In this document: one piece after another, positions 9,589 through 21,455 of the stretch
Layout: every line of letters starts with the position of its first letter
Position numbering within the stretch: position 1 is the first letter of the stretch
Made by a program: the position numbers and the translations under genes
The notes under the pieces: generated by a model
The model's input: only the letters and a program-made list of their open reading frames with translations
The model's database searches: none
What the model was told of the DNA's origin: nothing
Assembly (NCBI GenBank): GCA_963739455.1
Contig: CAVUAK010000002.1
Span: 256,001 to 320,000 of the forward strand
Direction of reading: 5' to 3'
From: an uncultured Gemmatimonadales bacterium
GTDB lineage: Bacteria; Gemmatimonadota; Gemmatimonadetes; Gemmatimonadales; GWC2-71-9
Length of the DNA: 64,000 bases

Positions 9589-10309
9589 CTAGAAATCAGT
9601 CGTGGTCGCGCCAAACGCAAGCCCGTCACCTGCCACAATCAGGTTCGGGTTGTTCGATCCCGAGGTTGAATCCGTACCCGATCACGGCGGCGTCGGGATA
9701 CAATGCCTTCACTTCCGCCCACGTGAGCACGTTGCTCTGACCGTTCTTCGTGCTCCACCAGAGCCCCGCACTCGCATCCCATTGCTGCCAGGTGTCGTTC
9801 ACGATCGCATCCTGGCCGCCGGATTGGCGATACGGCTCGTACACCAGCGTGGCGAAGTTGCCCGGGACGCTCGTGCCGCTGATCTGGACGTTGAGGGAAA
9901 TCGTCGCAGCCTGGGGAGCAGTGGGGTCGGCGACAATCGCCGGAGACGTGGACGACCGGTAGCCCCAGTACGATACGTTCGCGATCGAGCTGAGCGCAGT
10001 GCCGGCTGACGCGAAGGTGAAGAGCTGCGCCTTGTCCTGCAGGGGCGAGCCAGTCGCCGCACCGGTAGTGAGCTTCACCGCGTCGCAGGTCAGGCCACTC
10101 GGTGTGCCGAACTCGGTGGTCATGGCGACGGTGCCGTTCGAGCGGGTATCGGACGAGTACCAGCCCGGCGCAGGCACCGAGGCCGGATCGCCCGCCAGGA
10201 TGGCGACCGGCGTGCAACCCGGTTCCGAGTCATTGGAGCAGGCCACAAGGCCGGCGCTCGCGGCCAGTGCCGTGACGGCGCAGTACTTCCAGGTGCGACT
10301 GAGAGACAT
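9589..10309 (-). CDS. Hypothetical lipoprotein (1-nt frame break near 9660)
   Basis: Lipobox LVAC after a hydrophobic signal. Removing one G near 9660 gives the C-terminus FNLGSNNPNLIVAGDGLAFGATTTDF, ending at TAG 9589. Confidence 0.65.
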
Positions 10310-10311
10310 TG

Positions 10312-11901
10312 CTATTCCCATTCAATGGTTGCAGGCGGCTTGGACGAGATGTCGTACGTCACCCGGTTGATCCCCCGCACCTCGTTGATGATGCGCGAGG
10401 ACACCTTCTTGAGCAGGCTGTACGGTAGCGGCGCCCAGTCGGCGGTCATGAAATCGCTGGTCTGAACTGCACGGAGCGCCACCACGAACTCATAGGTGCG
10501 CCCGTCGCCCATTACGCCGACACTCCGGACCGGCAGGAACACGGCGAAAGCCTGGCTGGTGAGGTCGTACCAGCTCTTCCCTGTCGCCTCGTCCCTCGCC
10601 TGCCGCAGTTCCTCGATGAAGATCGCATCGGCCCGACGCAGCAGGTCGGCGTATTCGCGCTTCACCTCGCCCAGGATGCGAACGCCCAGTCCCGGTCCGG
10701 GGAATGGATGCCGGTACACCATGTCGTGTGGCAGGCCCAGTGCCACGCCGAGCTCCCGCACTTCATCCTTGAAGAGCTCACGGAGCGGCTCGAGAAGCTT
10801 CAAGCCAAGCGTTGCCGGCAGGCCGCCGACGTTGTGATGGCTCTTGATGGTGATCGCCTTCTTGCCGGCGCTGCCCGATTCGATGACGTCGGGATAAATC
10901 GTGCCCTGGGCCAGCCAGCGCACGTTCCTGAGCTTCTTCGCCTCGGCCTGGAACACCTCCACAAACTCACGGCCGATGATCTTGCGCTTCTGTTCCGGGT
11001 CGGTGATTCCCTTGAGATGCCCGAGGAACTGGTCGCTCGCGTCGACGTGCACCACCCGCGCCTTGAGCTGCCCCGCGAACATGTCCATCACCATGCCGGC
11101 CTCACTCAGGCGCAGCAGTCCATGGTCCACGAAGACGCAGGTGAGCTGGTCGCCGATGGCGCGATGGATCAGTGCCGCCGCCACGCTGGAATCGACGCCG
11201 CCGCTCAGCCCGAGAAGGACCTCCTCGCTGCCGACCTGCGCGCGGATGCGGGCCACCGCCTCATCGATGTAGTTGCCCATCACCCAGTCGGGTCGCGCCC
11301 CGGCGATGTCCAGCACAAACCGGTTGATCAGCGCCTTCCCCTGCACCGTGTGTGTAACCTCGGGATGAAACTGCACCCCGTAATATCCTCGCGCTTCATC
11401 GGCCATGCCGGCGATCGGGCAGCTCGGCGTAGACGCCAGCAGCTTGAACCCGTCAGGCAGCCGCGTCACCTTGTCGCCGTGGCTCATCCACACCTTCAGC
11501 ATGCCGTGCCCTTCGGTGGTGCTGAAGTCCTCGATGCCATTGAGCAGCCGGGAATGCCCATGTGCCCGTACTTCGGCGTACCCGAACTCGCGGTGCGTGC
11601 TCGGCTCGACATCGCCACCCAGCTGCACCGCCATGGTGAACATCCCGTAACAGATGCCAAGGACCGGCACCCCTGCCTCCCACACCGCATGTGGGGCGCG
11701 AAGGTCGCGGTCCTCGTATGTGCTGGCGTGGCTGCCGGAGAGGATGATGCCCCGGGGCTTGAAGTCCCGGATGAACTGGTCGCTGACGTCGTTGGGATGG
11801 ATCTCGCAGTAGACGTGCGCCTCGCGCACGCGTCGCGCGATCAGTTGCGTGACCTGGGAACCAAAGTCGAGAATCAGGATCCTGTCGTGCTGGTCGCTCA
11901 C
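10312..11901 (-). CDS. guaA: GMP synthase (glutamine-hydrolysing)
   Basis: [43 protein letters not shown]. Confidence 0.98.
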   Translation of the reverse strand: MSDQHDRILILDFGSQVTQLIARRVREAHVYCEIHPNDVSDQFIRDFKPRGIILSGSHASTYEDRDLRAPHAVWEAGVPVLGICYGMFTMAVQLGGDVEPSTHREFGYAEVRAHGHSRLLNGIEDFSTTEGHGMLKVWMSHGDKVTRLPDGFKLLASTPSCPIAGMADEARGYYGVQFHPEVTHTVQGKALINRFVLDIAGARPDWVMGNYIDEAVARIRAQVGSEEVLLGLSGGVDSSVAAALIHRAIGDQLTCVFVDHGLLRLSEAGMVMDMFAGQLKARVVHVDASDQFLGHLKGITDPEQKRKIIGREFVEVFQAEAKKLRNVRWLAQGTIYPDVIESGSAGKKAITIKSHHNVGGLPATLGLKLLEPLRELFKDEVRELGVALGLPHDMVYRHPFPGPGLGVRILGEVKREYADLLRRADAIFIEELRQARDEATGKSWYDLTSQAFAVFLPVRSVGVMGDGRTYEFVVALRAVQTSDFMTADWAPLPYSLLKKVSSRIINEVRGINRVTYDISSKPPATIEWE

Positions 11902-13233
11902 CGCTCCTCACTCGTAACGCGTTCACTGCTGAAGAGATCTGCCACCACCTGCCGCGGGCGGGACAACCACGCGCGGCCCCGGTCGATGATGACCTCGGGT
12001 GGCAGCGGCCTCGTGTTGTAGTTGGAGGCCATCACGAAGCCATAGGCCCCGGCACAGAGTATCGCCACAAGGTCGCCCGGTTCCACCGGCGCCACGTCAC
12101 GATCGAGGGCAAAGAAGTCACCGGTTTCGCAGACCGGTCCCACCACGTCGGCCACCATCGAACCACCAGCGCGCAGCTGCACCGGGACGATTCCGTGATA
12201 TGCCTGGTACCGGCTCGGTCGCTCGAGGTCGTTCATTCCGGCGTCGACGATGACGAATTCCTTGCCCCCCGAATGCTTCCTGAAAAGTACCCTCGTGAGG
12301 AGCACACCCGACGCACCGACCAGGAAGCGGCCTGGCTCGAGGTACAGCGTGAGCCCGGTCGGTTTCACCAGCGGCACCAGGGCGTCCGCGTAGGCGCGGG
12401 GCGACATCGGCTCCTCGTCGTTGTACCGGATGCCCAGCCCGCCGCCCACGTCCAGCTCACGAAGCGTCGTGGTGCCATCGGCGCGCACGGCGCTCACCAG
12501 CTCCACCAGGCGGCCTGCACCTTCGGCGAATGGCTGCGTATCGGTGAGCTGGCTGCCGATGTGCATTGCGATCGCCACCAGCTCGAGACCCGGGTGCTTC
12601 CGGATCATCGCAGCCGCCGGCCGAACCTGGTCGAGGGGAATCCCGAACTTGATGCCGCGCTTGCCCGTGGAGATGTACGGGTGGGTTTCCGCGGTCACGT
12701 CGGGATTCACCCGGATGCCGAGGGGTAATGGCCGCTCGGCGTTCGCAGCGAGCCGCGCCAGCAGTTCAAGTTCGGCCATCGACTCGACGTTGACGTGCCC
12801 GATCCCGGCCGCCATCGCCGCGCGGAGCTCATCTTCCCGCTTGCCTACGCCGCTGAACACGATGTGATCGCTGGCGAACCCGGCGGCTATCGCCCGGGCC
12901 ATTTCCCCCTCGGAAACAATGTCGGCGCCAGCGCCGAGGTCGCGGAGGACGCGCAGCACGCCGAGGTTGCTGTTCGCCTTCACCGCGAAGCAGATGCGGT
13001 GTGGCATGCCGACTGAGCGCCTGGTCGAGTTCCCGGAACTGCCGCCGGATGACGTCGGCGTTGTAGACATATGCCGGCGTCCCGAATTCCCGCGCCACCT
13101 CGGCGAGAGAGACGCCGCCATCGACCAGCGTACCGTCGCGCCGCACCAGGTCCGCGTCCTCGAGCAGCAGCGCCGGGTCTGGCGCAGTGCCCGCCCGCTG
13201 GCCGGTGGCCACCGTCAGTACGCCCTCGCCCAC
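11898..13233 (-). CDS. lysA: Diaminopimelate decarboxylase (frame break near 13010)
   Basis: FGTPAYVY in one frame; [37 protein letters not shown] in the next frame. Confidence 0.92.
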
Positions 13234-14666
13234 ACGACCTCGGCCACAGAGGGCCGGCCCGTCCAGATGCACGTCTTCGGCGCTTCCGAGGAGCGGAACT
13301 CGGCGTCCGGAATGACGCGAATCGTCGCCTTCGTCTGCGCCTTGATCTCTGCCTCGACCGCGGGATCGCCGCACCAGCCGGCATAGACGAACCCGCCGCC
13401 GTTCTCGAGGTAGTCGATGAACGCCTGCTTGTTCTCGGGGTGACGGAAGCTGTTATGCTCGCGCCGGAGGATCGCGGTGTTGAGCAGGTCGTGCTGCATC
13501 CGGTCCACCTCCTGCACCATGCGCGGGCCGATCCCCTCGAGCGGCAGCGCCTCCTTCCCACCACCGGTGCGACGCGCCAGCATCACGGTACCGGCCGTCA
13601 CGTCGCGCGGGCCGAGCTCGAACCGGAACGGGACGCCCCGCGTCTCCCATTCGTAGTACTTGGCGCCCGGCTTGATCCCCTCACGACCGTCGATGTGCAC
13701 CCGGATGCCGGACTTCACCAGCTCGGCCTTCACCTTGTCGGCGGCCTCGAGCATCGCGGCGCGCTCGGCGTCGGCCTTGTAGATGGGCACGATCACCACC
13801 TGGTACTGCGCAAGGCGAGGCGGGCAGATGAGCCCGGTGTCATCGCCGTGCGTCATGATCAGCCCGCCGACGAGTCGGGTGGATACACCCCACGAGGTAT
13901 TCCACACGTACTCCTCCTTCCCTTCCTGGCTCTGGTACCGCACCTCGAACGCGCGGGCGAAGTTCTGGCCAAGGTTGTGGCTCGTGCCCGCCTGCAGCGC
14001 CTTGTTGTCCTGCATCAGCGCCTCGCACGAATAGGTGCGCAGCGCGCCGGCGAACCGCTCGCTGTCGGTCTTGCGGCCGGTGAGCACCGGCATCGCCATC
14101 CACTGCTCCATGAAGGTGCGGTACAGCCCGAGGATCATCAGCGTCTCCTCCTCGGCCTCCGCCTCGGTGGCGTGCGCGGTGTGGCCCTCCTGCCAGAGGA
14201 ACTCGGTGGTGCGAAGGAAGAGGCGCGTACGCAGCTCCCATCGCACCACGTTGGCCCACTGGTTGATGAGCACCGGCAGGTCGCGATAGCTCTGGATCCA
14301 CTTCGCGTACATCGCGTAGATGATCGTTTCCGAGGTAGGGCGCACCACCAGCGGCTCGTCCAGCAGCTTGCCGCCGCCGTGCGTCACCACGGCCGTCTCG
14401 GGCGCGAAGCCCTCGACGTGCTCCGCCTCCTTGGACAGGAAGCTCTGCGGGATGAACAGCGGGAAGTAGGCGTTCTGGTGGCCGGTGTCCTTGAACATCT
14501 TGTCGAGCGCCGCCTGCATCTGCTCCCAGATGGCGTAGCCGTTCGGCCGGATGACCATGCACCCGCGCACCGGGCTGTAGTCGGCGAGCTGGGCCTTCAT
14601 GATCAGTTCGTTGTACCACGCGCTGAAGTCGGTTGCGCGGGGTGTCAGTGCCTTGTTGTCAGCCAT
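13215..14666 (-). CDS. proS: Proline--tRNA ligase (eukaryotic/archaeal-type)
   Basis: DFSAWY, RPTSET, QWANVVRWE, LFLRTTEFLWQEGH, LQAGTSH, C-terminal ARAY. Confidence 0.96.
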   Translation of the reverse strand: MADNKALTPRATDFSAWYNELIMKAQLADYSPVRGCMVIRPNGYAIWEQMQAALDKMFKDTGHQNAYFPLFIPQSFLSKEAEHVEGFAPETAVVTHGGGKLLDEPLVVRPTSETIIYAMYAKWIQSYRDLPVLINQWANVVRWELRTRLFLRTTEFLWQEGHTAHATEAEAEEETLMILGLYRTFMEQWMAMPVLTGRKTDSERFAGALRTYSCEALMQDNKALQAGTSHNLGQNFARAFEVRYQSQEGKEEYVWNTSWGVSTRLVGGLIMTHGDDTGLICPPRLAQYQVVIVPIYKADAERAAMLEAADKVKAELVKSGIRVHIDGREGIKPGAKYYEWETRGVPFRFELGPRDVTAGTVMLARRTGGGKEALPLEGIGPRMVQEVDRMQHDLLNTAILRREHNSFRHPENKQAFIDYLENGGGFVYAGWCGDPAVEAEIKAQTKATIRVIPDAEFRSSEAPKTCIWTGRPSVAEVVWARAY

Positions 14667-14693
14667 CCGTACTCCAAAGGGAAGATTCCATGA

Positions 14694-15978
14694 TCACCCG
14701 GCCAGCAGCGTGGTGACCGCAGTGACCGCATCCGATCGCTTCGCCGCCAGTTGGCGGTGGCTCGCGAGGTCCTTGAGCTGCACTTCGCCGCGGGCACGGT
14801 CATCGGGGCCGATGACCACGGCACAGCGCGCTCCACGCGCGTCCGCCTGCTTGAGCTGCTTGCCCAGCGCCTGGGACGCGAGCGCGTACTCCACGCTGAC
14901 CCCGGCGTCACGGAGCTCGTGCACCAGCGCCAGCGCCTCGGCACGATCCTCGTCCGTCACGGCGGCGACGAACACGTCGAGCCGCGCCTCGGTGGACGGC
15001 AGCAGCCCGCGCTCCTTCAGCAACTCGCCCAGGACCACATCGCCCATGCCGAACCCGACGCAGGGCAGGTCCACGCCGCCGATGGCACCCACCAGGTTGT
15101 CATAGCGTCCGCCGCCGCAGATCGCGCGCAGTTCACCCTTCGTGTCGAACAGTTCGAACACGGTGCCGGTGTAGTACGCGAGCCCGCGCACGATGGTGAA
15201 GTCGGGCTCGACGTACTCGCCCAGTCCCATGGACTCGAGGATCCGCACCACCTCGCAGGAGCGATGCGCTCGTTTCGGCGAGCGCCGGGTCGGCCAGCGG
15301 CTCCCAGCTCTTCGCCCTCGCCACCGTGACGATCGCGTCGACATCGGTGCTGCTTACGCCAGCATCGCGCAGCTTCTGCCGCGAGACGTCCTCCGGAGTG
15401 CGCCCGAACTTGTCGAGCACCTGCTGCCAGGTCGCCACCTGCGCATCGGTCTGCTTATGGTGGCGCAGCAACGCATCGAGGATGCGCCGGTCGGACAGCC
15501 GCACCTTGAAGTCACTGGAGGTCAGCCCGAGCGCGCGCATCACGTCGATCGCCAGGGCAATGATCTCGGCGTCCGCACCGGGACCCGCCTCACCGATCAG
15601 GTCGCAGTTGAGCTGGAAGTGCTCGCGGAGGCGACCGCGCTGCTGACGCTCGTAGCGGAACAGCTGCGGGATCGAGAACCAGCGAATTGGCTTCCGGAGC
15701 CCGTTGGCCCGCGATGCCACCATGCGCGCAAGCGTCGGGGTCATCTCGGGGCGCAATGAGACCTGCCGAGCGCCCTTGTCCTCGAAGTTGTAGAGCTGCC
15801 CCACGATTTCGTCGCCGCTCTTGGCGGTATACAGCTCGAGCGGTTCGAGCGGCGGACCGTCGTACTCCTCGAAGCCATACCGCGTCGCCACCGACCGCCA
15901 CGCCGCGAAGACGTGCGACCGGATGAGGTGGTCGGCCGGGAAAAAATCGCGAAAGCCCGGCAGGGCTTGGAGTTGCAT
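14694..15978 (-). CDS. hisS: Histidine--tRNA ligase (frame break near 15240-15300)
   Basis: LPGFRDF, LRPEMTP, RYERQQRGRLREHFQ in one frame; IVRGLAYYTG, GGGRYD and the anticodon domain in another. Confidence 0.95.
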
Positions 15979-15997
15979 GGGCGACAAGATACCAGCG

Positions 15998-16025
15998 TGA
16001 GGGGTCAGGAGTGAGGGGTCAGGGG
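15998..16025. repeat. Heptamer tandem repeat, 4 units
   Basis: TGAGGGG TCAGGAG TGAGGGG TCAGGGG at the folC/hisS junction. Confidence 0.6.
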
Positions 16026-17264
16026 TCGAGCCCAAGCAGGTGCATCACGTCCCCTACCGTATGGAACGATCCGGTGACCAGCAGGGTTCCTGCCCCTTCC
16101 TGCCCCATAGCCACCGCCCGGGCGAGGTTGGGCTCGATCACCCAGGGCACGACGCCCGGCCCCGGGGTCCGCTCATGGAGCCAGCGCTCCAGCGCGCTCC
16201 AGGTTCCACCCCCGCCCCGCCGCGGTCGGCGCCACGGTGAGCACCCCGCGATCCACGGTGCCGTCGAGGCTCCGCAGCATCTCCGGCCAGTCCTTGTCGC
16301 CCAGGATCGCGACCACGGCGTGTATCGGGGTGCTCGGGCGCAGGGCGCCGATAGCCGCCACCAGCGTGCGCACGCCGTCGGGGTTGTGCGCCACGTCGAA
16401 GAGGTAGCGGCCCCGCCGGTCGAGCCGACCGGCGATGAACGCCTCGGCGAAACCCCGCTCGGTGGCATCCACATCGGGGCGCCAGGTCTCGGGCAGCGCC
16501 TCGAGTGCCGCCAGCGCCACCGCGGCGTTCCGCCGCTGGTGCGGACCCTCCAGCCGCAACGGACCCTCCCACTGCGCATCCGCCGGCACCGTTCGCATGT
16601 CCAGGGTCGCCCCCGGTTCGAGCGCGCTCACGTAGCGCTGGCCCTCGCGCCGAAGCACCGCGACAATCTCGGGACGCGTCTCGCCCACGACAAAGGGCGC
16701 CCCGGGCTTCGCGATGCCCGCCTTCTCCCCGGCAATCAGTTCCAGCGTGTCACCCAGGTACTTCACGTGGTCCACCTCGATCTTGGTGACCACGCTGACC
16801 AGGGGCTGGAGCACGTTGGTGCTGTCGAGGCGTCCACCCAGACCCACCTCGACCACGGCGATCTCCGCTCCGCGCGAGGCGAAGTCGGCGAACGCCATCG
16901 CCGTGGTCGCCTCGAAGAACGTGGCGCCATGCTCCTCGATCAGCGGGCGCAGCCGGGCCGTCCACATTGCCACGGCCCCCTCGGAGATCGGGATCCCGGC
17001 CACCCGCATGCGTTCCCGGAACGAGACCACATGCGGCGAGGTGTACAGCCCAACCTTCCATCCCATCTCCCCGAGCGCCGACGCAATCAGGCTCGCGACA
17101 CTGCCCTTGCCGTTCGTTCCCCCCACATGAATCGCCGGGATCATCAGGTGTGGGTCGCCCACCGCCGCGAGCAGCGTCCGCGTCGTATCCAGCCCGAACT
17201 TGATGGTCGTGACACGCGGGAAGAGGAACTCGAGCGCGTCTTCGTAGGCGGTGGCGGTGGCCAT
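16019..17264 (-). CDS. folC: Folylpolyglutamate/dihydrofolate synthase (frame break near 16200)
   Basis: HVGGTNGKGS, YTSPH, EVGLGGRLDSTN, DVAHNP; LVTGSFHTVG in the shifted frame. Confidence 0.93.
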
Positions 17265-17366
17265 GAATTCCTGGCAGGGGTGCTTGATCAGGGGCCGGTA
17301 GTGCAAGCGCCCCGCCCGGTGAGCAGGCGGGGCGCTGGGGCGCCACCCGGATCCGGTGCCGAACCT

Positions 17367-18230
17367 CTAGTGAACTTCACTCTCGGGATGCGGTCGCTGA
17401 CCCTGCATGTGCCGCAGCAGGCGCGCCGTCGTTTCCTTGAGCGAGCCGCGGGGCACCACATCATCGATCTGCCCGTGCTCCAGCAGGAACTCCGCCGTCT
17501 GGAAGCCCTCCGGCAGGTCCTGACCGATGGTCTGCTTGATGACGCGCTGTCCGGCAAAGCCGATGACCGCACCGGGCTCCGCCAGGATGACGTCGCCCTG
17601 CATTGCATAGGAGGCGGACACGCCACCGGTCGTGGGATCGGTGAGGATGCTGATGTAGGGCAAGCCGACCTCACGCATCTGGGCGATGGCGGCCGAGGTC
17701 TTGGCCATCTGCATGAGGGAGAGCACCCCCTCCTGCATCCGGGCACCGCCCGACGTGCTCACCAGGACCAGCGGGATCTTCTTGTCGGTGGAGCGCCGGG
17801 CGAGCCGCGCGATCTTCTCGCCCACCACGGAACCCATCGATCCGCCCATGAAGGCGAAATTCATGACCCCAAGGTGGAACGGCAGCTTGTCGATCTTGCC
17901 CCAGCCGGAATACATCGCGTCCGCGTCACCCGCCTTGCGATGGGCGGCGGCGAGGCGGTCGGCGTAGTGCTCGAATTTCAGGGGATCGGTGGAACGAAGG
18001 TTGGAGTACAGCTCTTTCCAGCTGCCTTCGTCGGTAAGGATCTCGATGTACTCCTCGGCCGATATGCGCCGATGCCGTCCACACTCAGGGCACACATTGA
18101 AGGCACGCTCGAACTTCTCGCGAAGATCGAGGTGGCCGCAATTCTCGCACTTCTCCCACGCATCCGCCGGAATCTCAAGGCGTTCACGCTTCGAGGCGCG
18201 GGGCTTTCGTTCCTTCTTGAACCAAGCCAT
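17367..18230 (-). CDS. accD: Acetyl-CoA carboxylase carboxyltransferase beta subunit
   Basis: WEKCENC...CPEC zinc ribbon, FMGGSMG, SGGARMQEG, PTTGGVSAS. Confidence 0.96.
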   Translation of the reverse strand: MAWFKKERKPRASKRERLEIPADAWEKCENCGHLDLREKFERAFNVCPECGRHRRISAEEYIEILTDEGSWKELYSNLRSTDPLKFEHYADRLAAAHRKAGDADAMYSGWGKIDKLPFHLGVMNFAFMGGSMGSVVGEKIARLARRSTDKKIPLVLVSTSGGARMQEGVLSLMQMAKTSAAIAQMREVGLPYISILTDPTTGGVSASYAMQGDVILAEPGAVIGFAGQRVIKQTIGQDLPEGFQTAEFLLEHGQIDDVVPRGSLKETTARLLRHMQGQRPHPESEVH

Positions 18231-18350
18231 CACAGCCATAGATGAGTGTGTGTTTGGGGGTCGAACGGCAACCGCTTCCCGGCTCCCAAGGACCGGTAGA
18301 ATCTTGCACTGTGTACCTTTCCGCGCCAGACCCCGCCAGCTAAGTCTTTG

Positions 18351-19595
18351 TCAGAACTCGTGATACGCAGAGCGATCCGACTCCGCCGCAACCCGGAAGC
18401 AGATGCCGATGCAGGCACAGCAGATCAGGAAGAACGACCCACCATAGGAAAAGAACGGCAAGGGAATGCCGGTGATTGGCATCACGTTTACCGTCATCCC
18501 AATGTTCTCGAACACGTGGGTGAAGAGCATGCCGAGGATGCCGAACACCATGAGGCTTGAGAACGGATCGGACGCCCGGCGCGCGATCCGCACCAGCGAG
18601 AGGAAGAGCACTGCATAAAGGATCAGCGCCGTCATCACGCCAAGGAAGCCGAGTTCCTCCCCCACGACCGAAAACACGAAGTCGGTATGCTGCTCCGGCA
18701 GGAAGGCCAGGCGCTTCTGGGGCCCCTGGGTGTACCCGGTGCCGAACCACCCACCCGAGCCGATGGCCACCTTCGACTGGATCGCGTGGTAGCCCGCCTT
18801 CTGGGGGTCGATCTCGGGATTGAGGAAGGTGAGCAGGCGGTTCTGCTGGTACGTGTGCAACCGGCTCCACAGCGGGATCGCGATCGCCCCCATCACCACA
18901 TTGGCGAGGTACACCGCCACCGAGTCGAGGATGAAGGGGCGATAGACGGCCAGCACGATGAACAGCGCGATCATCCAGAGCGTCCAGCCCAGGGTGCTGA
19001 AGCCAAGCAGCAGGCTGAAGCCCGGTGACGCGAGGAGGAACAGCACCAGGGGCCGGGCACCGGCCCAGAACAGCATGGCGAACAGGATGCCGACGAAAAC
19101 GAGCGCACTGCCCAGGTCCGGCTGCTTGAGCACCAGCAGAAACGGCACACCGACGATCAGTGACGGCACCAGCAGGTCGCGCATCGAGCGGGGAGGTTCG
19201 CGCAGCCCGGACAGGTGGCGCGCCAGCATCAGCACCGTGGCGATCTTGGCAAATTCCGATGGCTGCCCGATCTGGCGCCCGCCAATGGAGAGCCAGCTGT
19301 GGCTGGACTCAGCGGTGCCGGCACCAGTGCCTACGGCTAGCACGATCAACAGCAGGAGAATGCCGAACCCGTATAGGGCGGGTGCGGCCCACTCGAGGAT
19401 GCGCGGCGAGATCTGGTAGACCACCACTGCCACGGTGAACCCGATTCCACTCCACACGAGTTGACGAAACCAGACTCCAGCGGCCTTGGTCGGGACATCG
19501 GTCTGCCCCGCTGAATAGAGGGTCAGCAGCCCGAAGCCGATGAGCAGCAGCGTCGTCACCGCCAGGGTGCGATCGAACGAGCCGACCGACCTCAT
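18351..19595 (-). CDS. rodA: Rod shape-determining protein RodA
   Basis: QPSEFAK, QPDLGSA, AIGSGG, LPEQHTDF, PITGIPLPFFSYGGS; follows PBP2. Confidence 0.95.
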   Translation of the reverse strand: MRSVGSFDRTLAVTTLLLIGFGLLTLYSAGQTDVPTKAAGVWFRQLVWSGIGFTVAVVVYQISPRILEWAAPALYGFGILLLLIVLAVGTGAGTAESSHSWLSIGGRQIGQPSEFAKIATVLMLARHLSGLREPPRSMRDLLVPSLIVGVPFLLVLKQPDLGSALVFVGILFAMLFWAGARPLVLFLLASPGFSLLLGFSTLGWTLWMIALFIVLAVYRPFILDSVAVYLANVVMGAIAIPLWSRLHTYQQNRLLTFLNPEIDPQKAGYHAIQSKVAIGSGGWFGTGYTQGPQKRLAFLPEQHTDFVFSVVGEELGFLGVMTALILYAVLFLSLVRIARRASDPFSSLMVFGILGMLFTHVFENIGMTVNVMPITGIPLPFFSYGGSFFLICCACIGICFRVAAESDRSAYHEF

Positions 19596-21455
19596 GGCGT
19601 TATCCCGACGGTGCGAAGCGCCACCGGCGTCGGCGCGGTGGTATCGGCTGCCGGGGCATCCCTGGGTGCGCTGTCCACCGGGAGTTCCATCTCGCTCGGG
19701 GTGGGCGGTGGTGCGCCGGGGCCAAGTACGTAGCGGCTCAGCGCCTTCATGACGTAGGGCGCTACCACGGTACCATGTTCTGCGGCCTCCATGATGCCGC
19801 CGATCACGATTGTCGGGTTATCGGCCGGGGCGAATCCGATGAACCAGCCGTGATCCTTGCCGTGGGAGTTCTGCGCGGTACCGGTCTTCCCGGCCACCGC
19901 CAGGTCGGTGCGGCGGCTCGCTGCGGCGGTGCCCTTCTCCACCACGGCGATGAGTGCGGTGCGCAGGCCGGCGAGCTGCTCGGGCGTGAGGCCGAGGTCA
20001 CGAACGGGCTCGGCGGACTCGCGTACCACGTAAGGTGATCGCACCTTCCCGTCGCCGGCCAGCGCAGCGTAGAACTTCACCATGTTGATCAGGGTCTGGG
20101 TGTTCTCGCCCTGGCCGATTGAGAAGTTCAGCACCGTGGCTGGCGCGCTCCAGTTGCGCGCACCATAGCGTTTGTCGAAGTAGGTCTGGTCGGCCGGGAA
20201 GATGGGATCCTGCTCACTCGGCAGGTCCACGCCGCTCCGGTCGCGAAATCCGAGGAGCACGCCGTCCTTGATGATGGCATCCAGGCCGAGCCGCTGGCCC
20301 AGCTGGTAGAAATACACGTCGCAACTCTTCGCCACGGCACCGATCAGGTCGAGCGAGCCGTGCCCTTCCTTCTTCCAGCACTTGAACACGCGGTTGCCGA
20401 GCCGGTAGCCACCGTTGCATGACACCGGCATGTGGGTCTCGAAGCCGACGATGCCGCGACGCAGCGCCATGGCAGCGATCGCCAGCTTGAACGGTGATGC
20501 CGGGCGGATAGCGCCCGTTGATGGCGCGGTTGATGAGCGGGTTCGCTTCATCGGTGACGAGGTTCTTGTAGTCGGCGCTGGAGATGCCGCTGGCAAAGAG
20601 GTTCGGGTCGTACGAGGGCGCGGAGTACAGCGCGCGGATCTCGCCCCGCGGCGTCATGGCCACCATGGCGCCGCGGACACCGGCCGGCCAGATGCTGTCG
20701 ATGTACCGCTGCAGGTCGAGGTCGACGGTGGTATGGAGCGCGCGCCCCGCCACCGGGGCCAGCGACGCCGCGCTCGCCTCGTTGCGCACCAGCCCGCCGC
20801 GCGCGTTCACCTCGATGTAGCGCACACCTTCCCGGCCCCGAAGCGTATCGTCGTACTCGCGCTCGATCCCGGCGCGACCCACGATCGACCCCGACTGCGC
20901 CCCTGGAAACCGGTCCGCCGTGAGTTCGGCATCAGTCACCTCCGACACGTAGCCCACCACGTGGGCCACGGCCTTCCCCGCCGGGTAGAGGCGGCGCGGC
21001 TCCGACTGGAGGACGAGGCCGGGCAACAGTGCCCGATGTTCCTCCAGCCGGCTCGCTGTCTCGAACGACGCCTCCCCGTACACCACGGCGGGCTGGTAGC
21101 GCGCGCCCCGCCAGCGCCGCACGATGTCGGCTATGCCGGCGCTGTCGAGCGGCACCACGGTGGCCAGGCGGCGCAGCACGGCTCGCAGCGAATCGGCGTT
21201 GGTGGCGATGAGCTTGACGGTGTAACCCGGCAGGTTCTCCGCGATCACCTCGCCCTTCCAGTCGAGGATCGCACCGCGCGGCGGCGGCAACGGCACCGGA
21301 CGCAGACGGTTGGACTCGGCGCGCAACTGATACTTCTCGTGCTGGAGGATCTGCGCGCGGAAGAAGGCCCCGGCGAGGACCAGGAAGGCGAGCGCGATGA
21401 TCCAGCGGGCGCCGCTCGCCCGACGCTGCAGGTCGGTGGGATCCAGGTGGTTCAT
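19592..21455 (-). CDS. mrdA: Penicillin-binding protein 2 (frame break near 20500)
   Basis: PRGAILD dimerisation domain; S-P-F-K, SCD and KTGTAQ transpeptidase motifs in the second frame. Confidence 0.93.
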
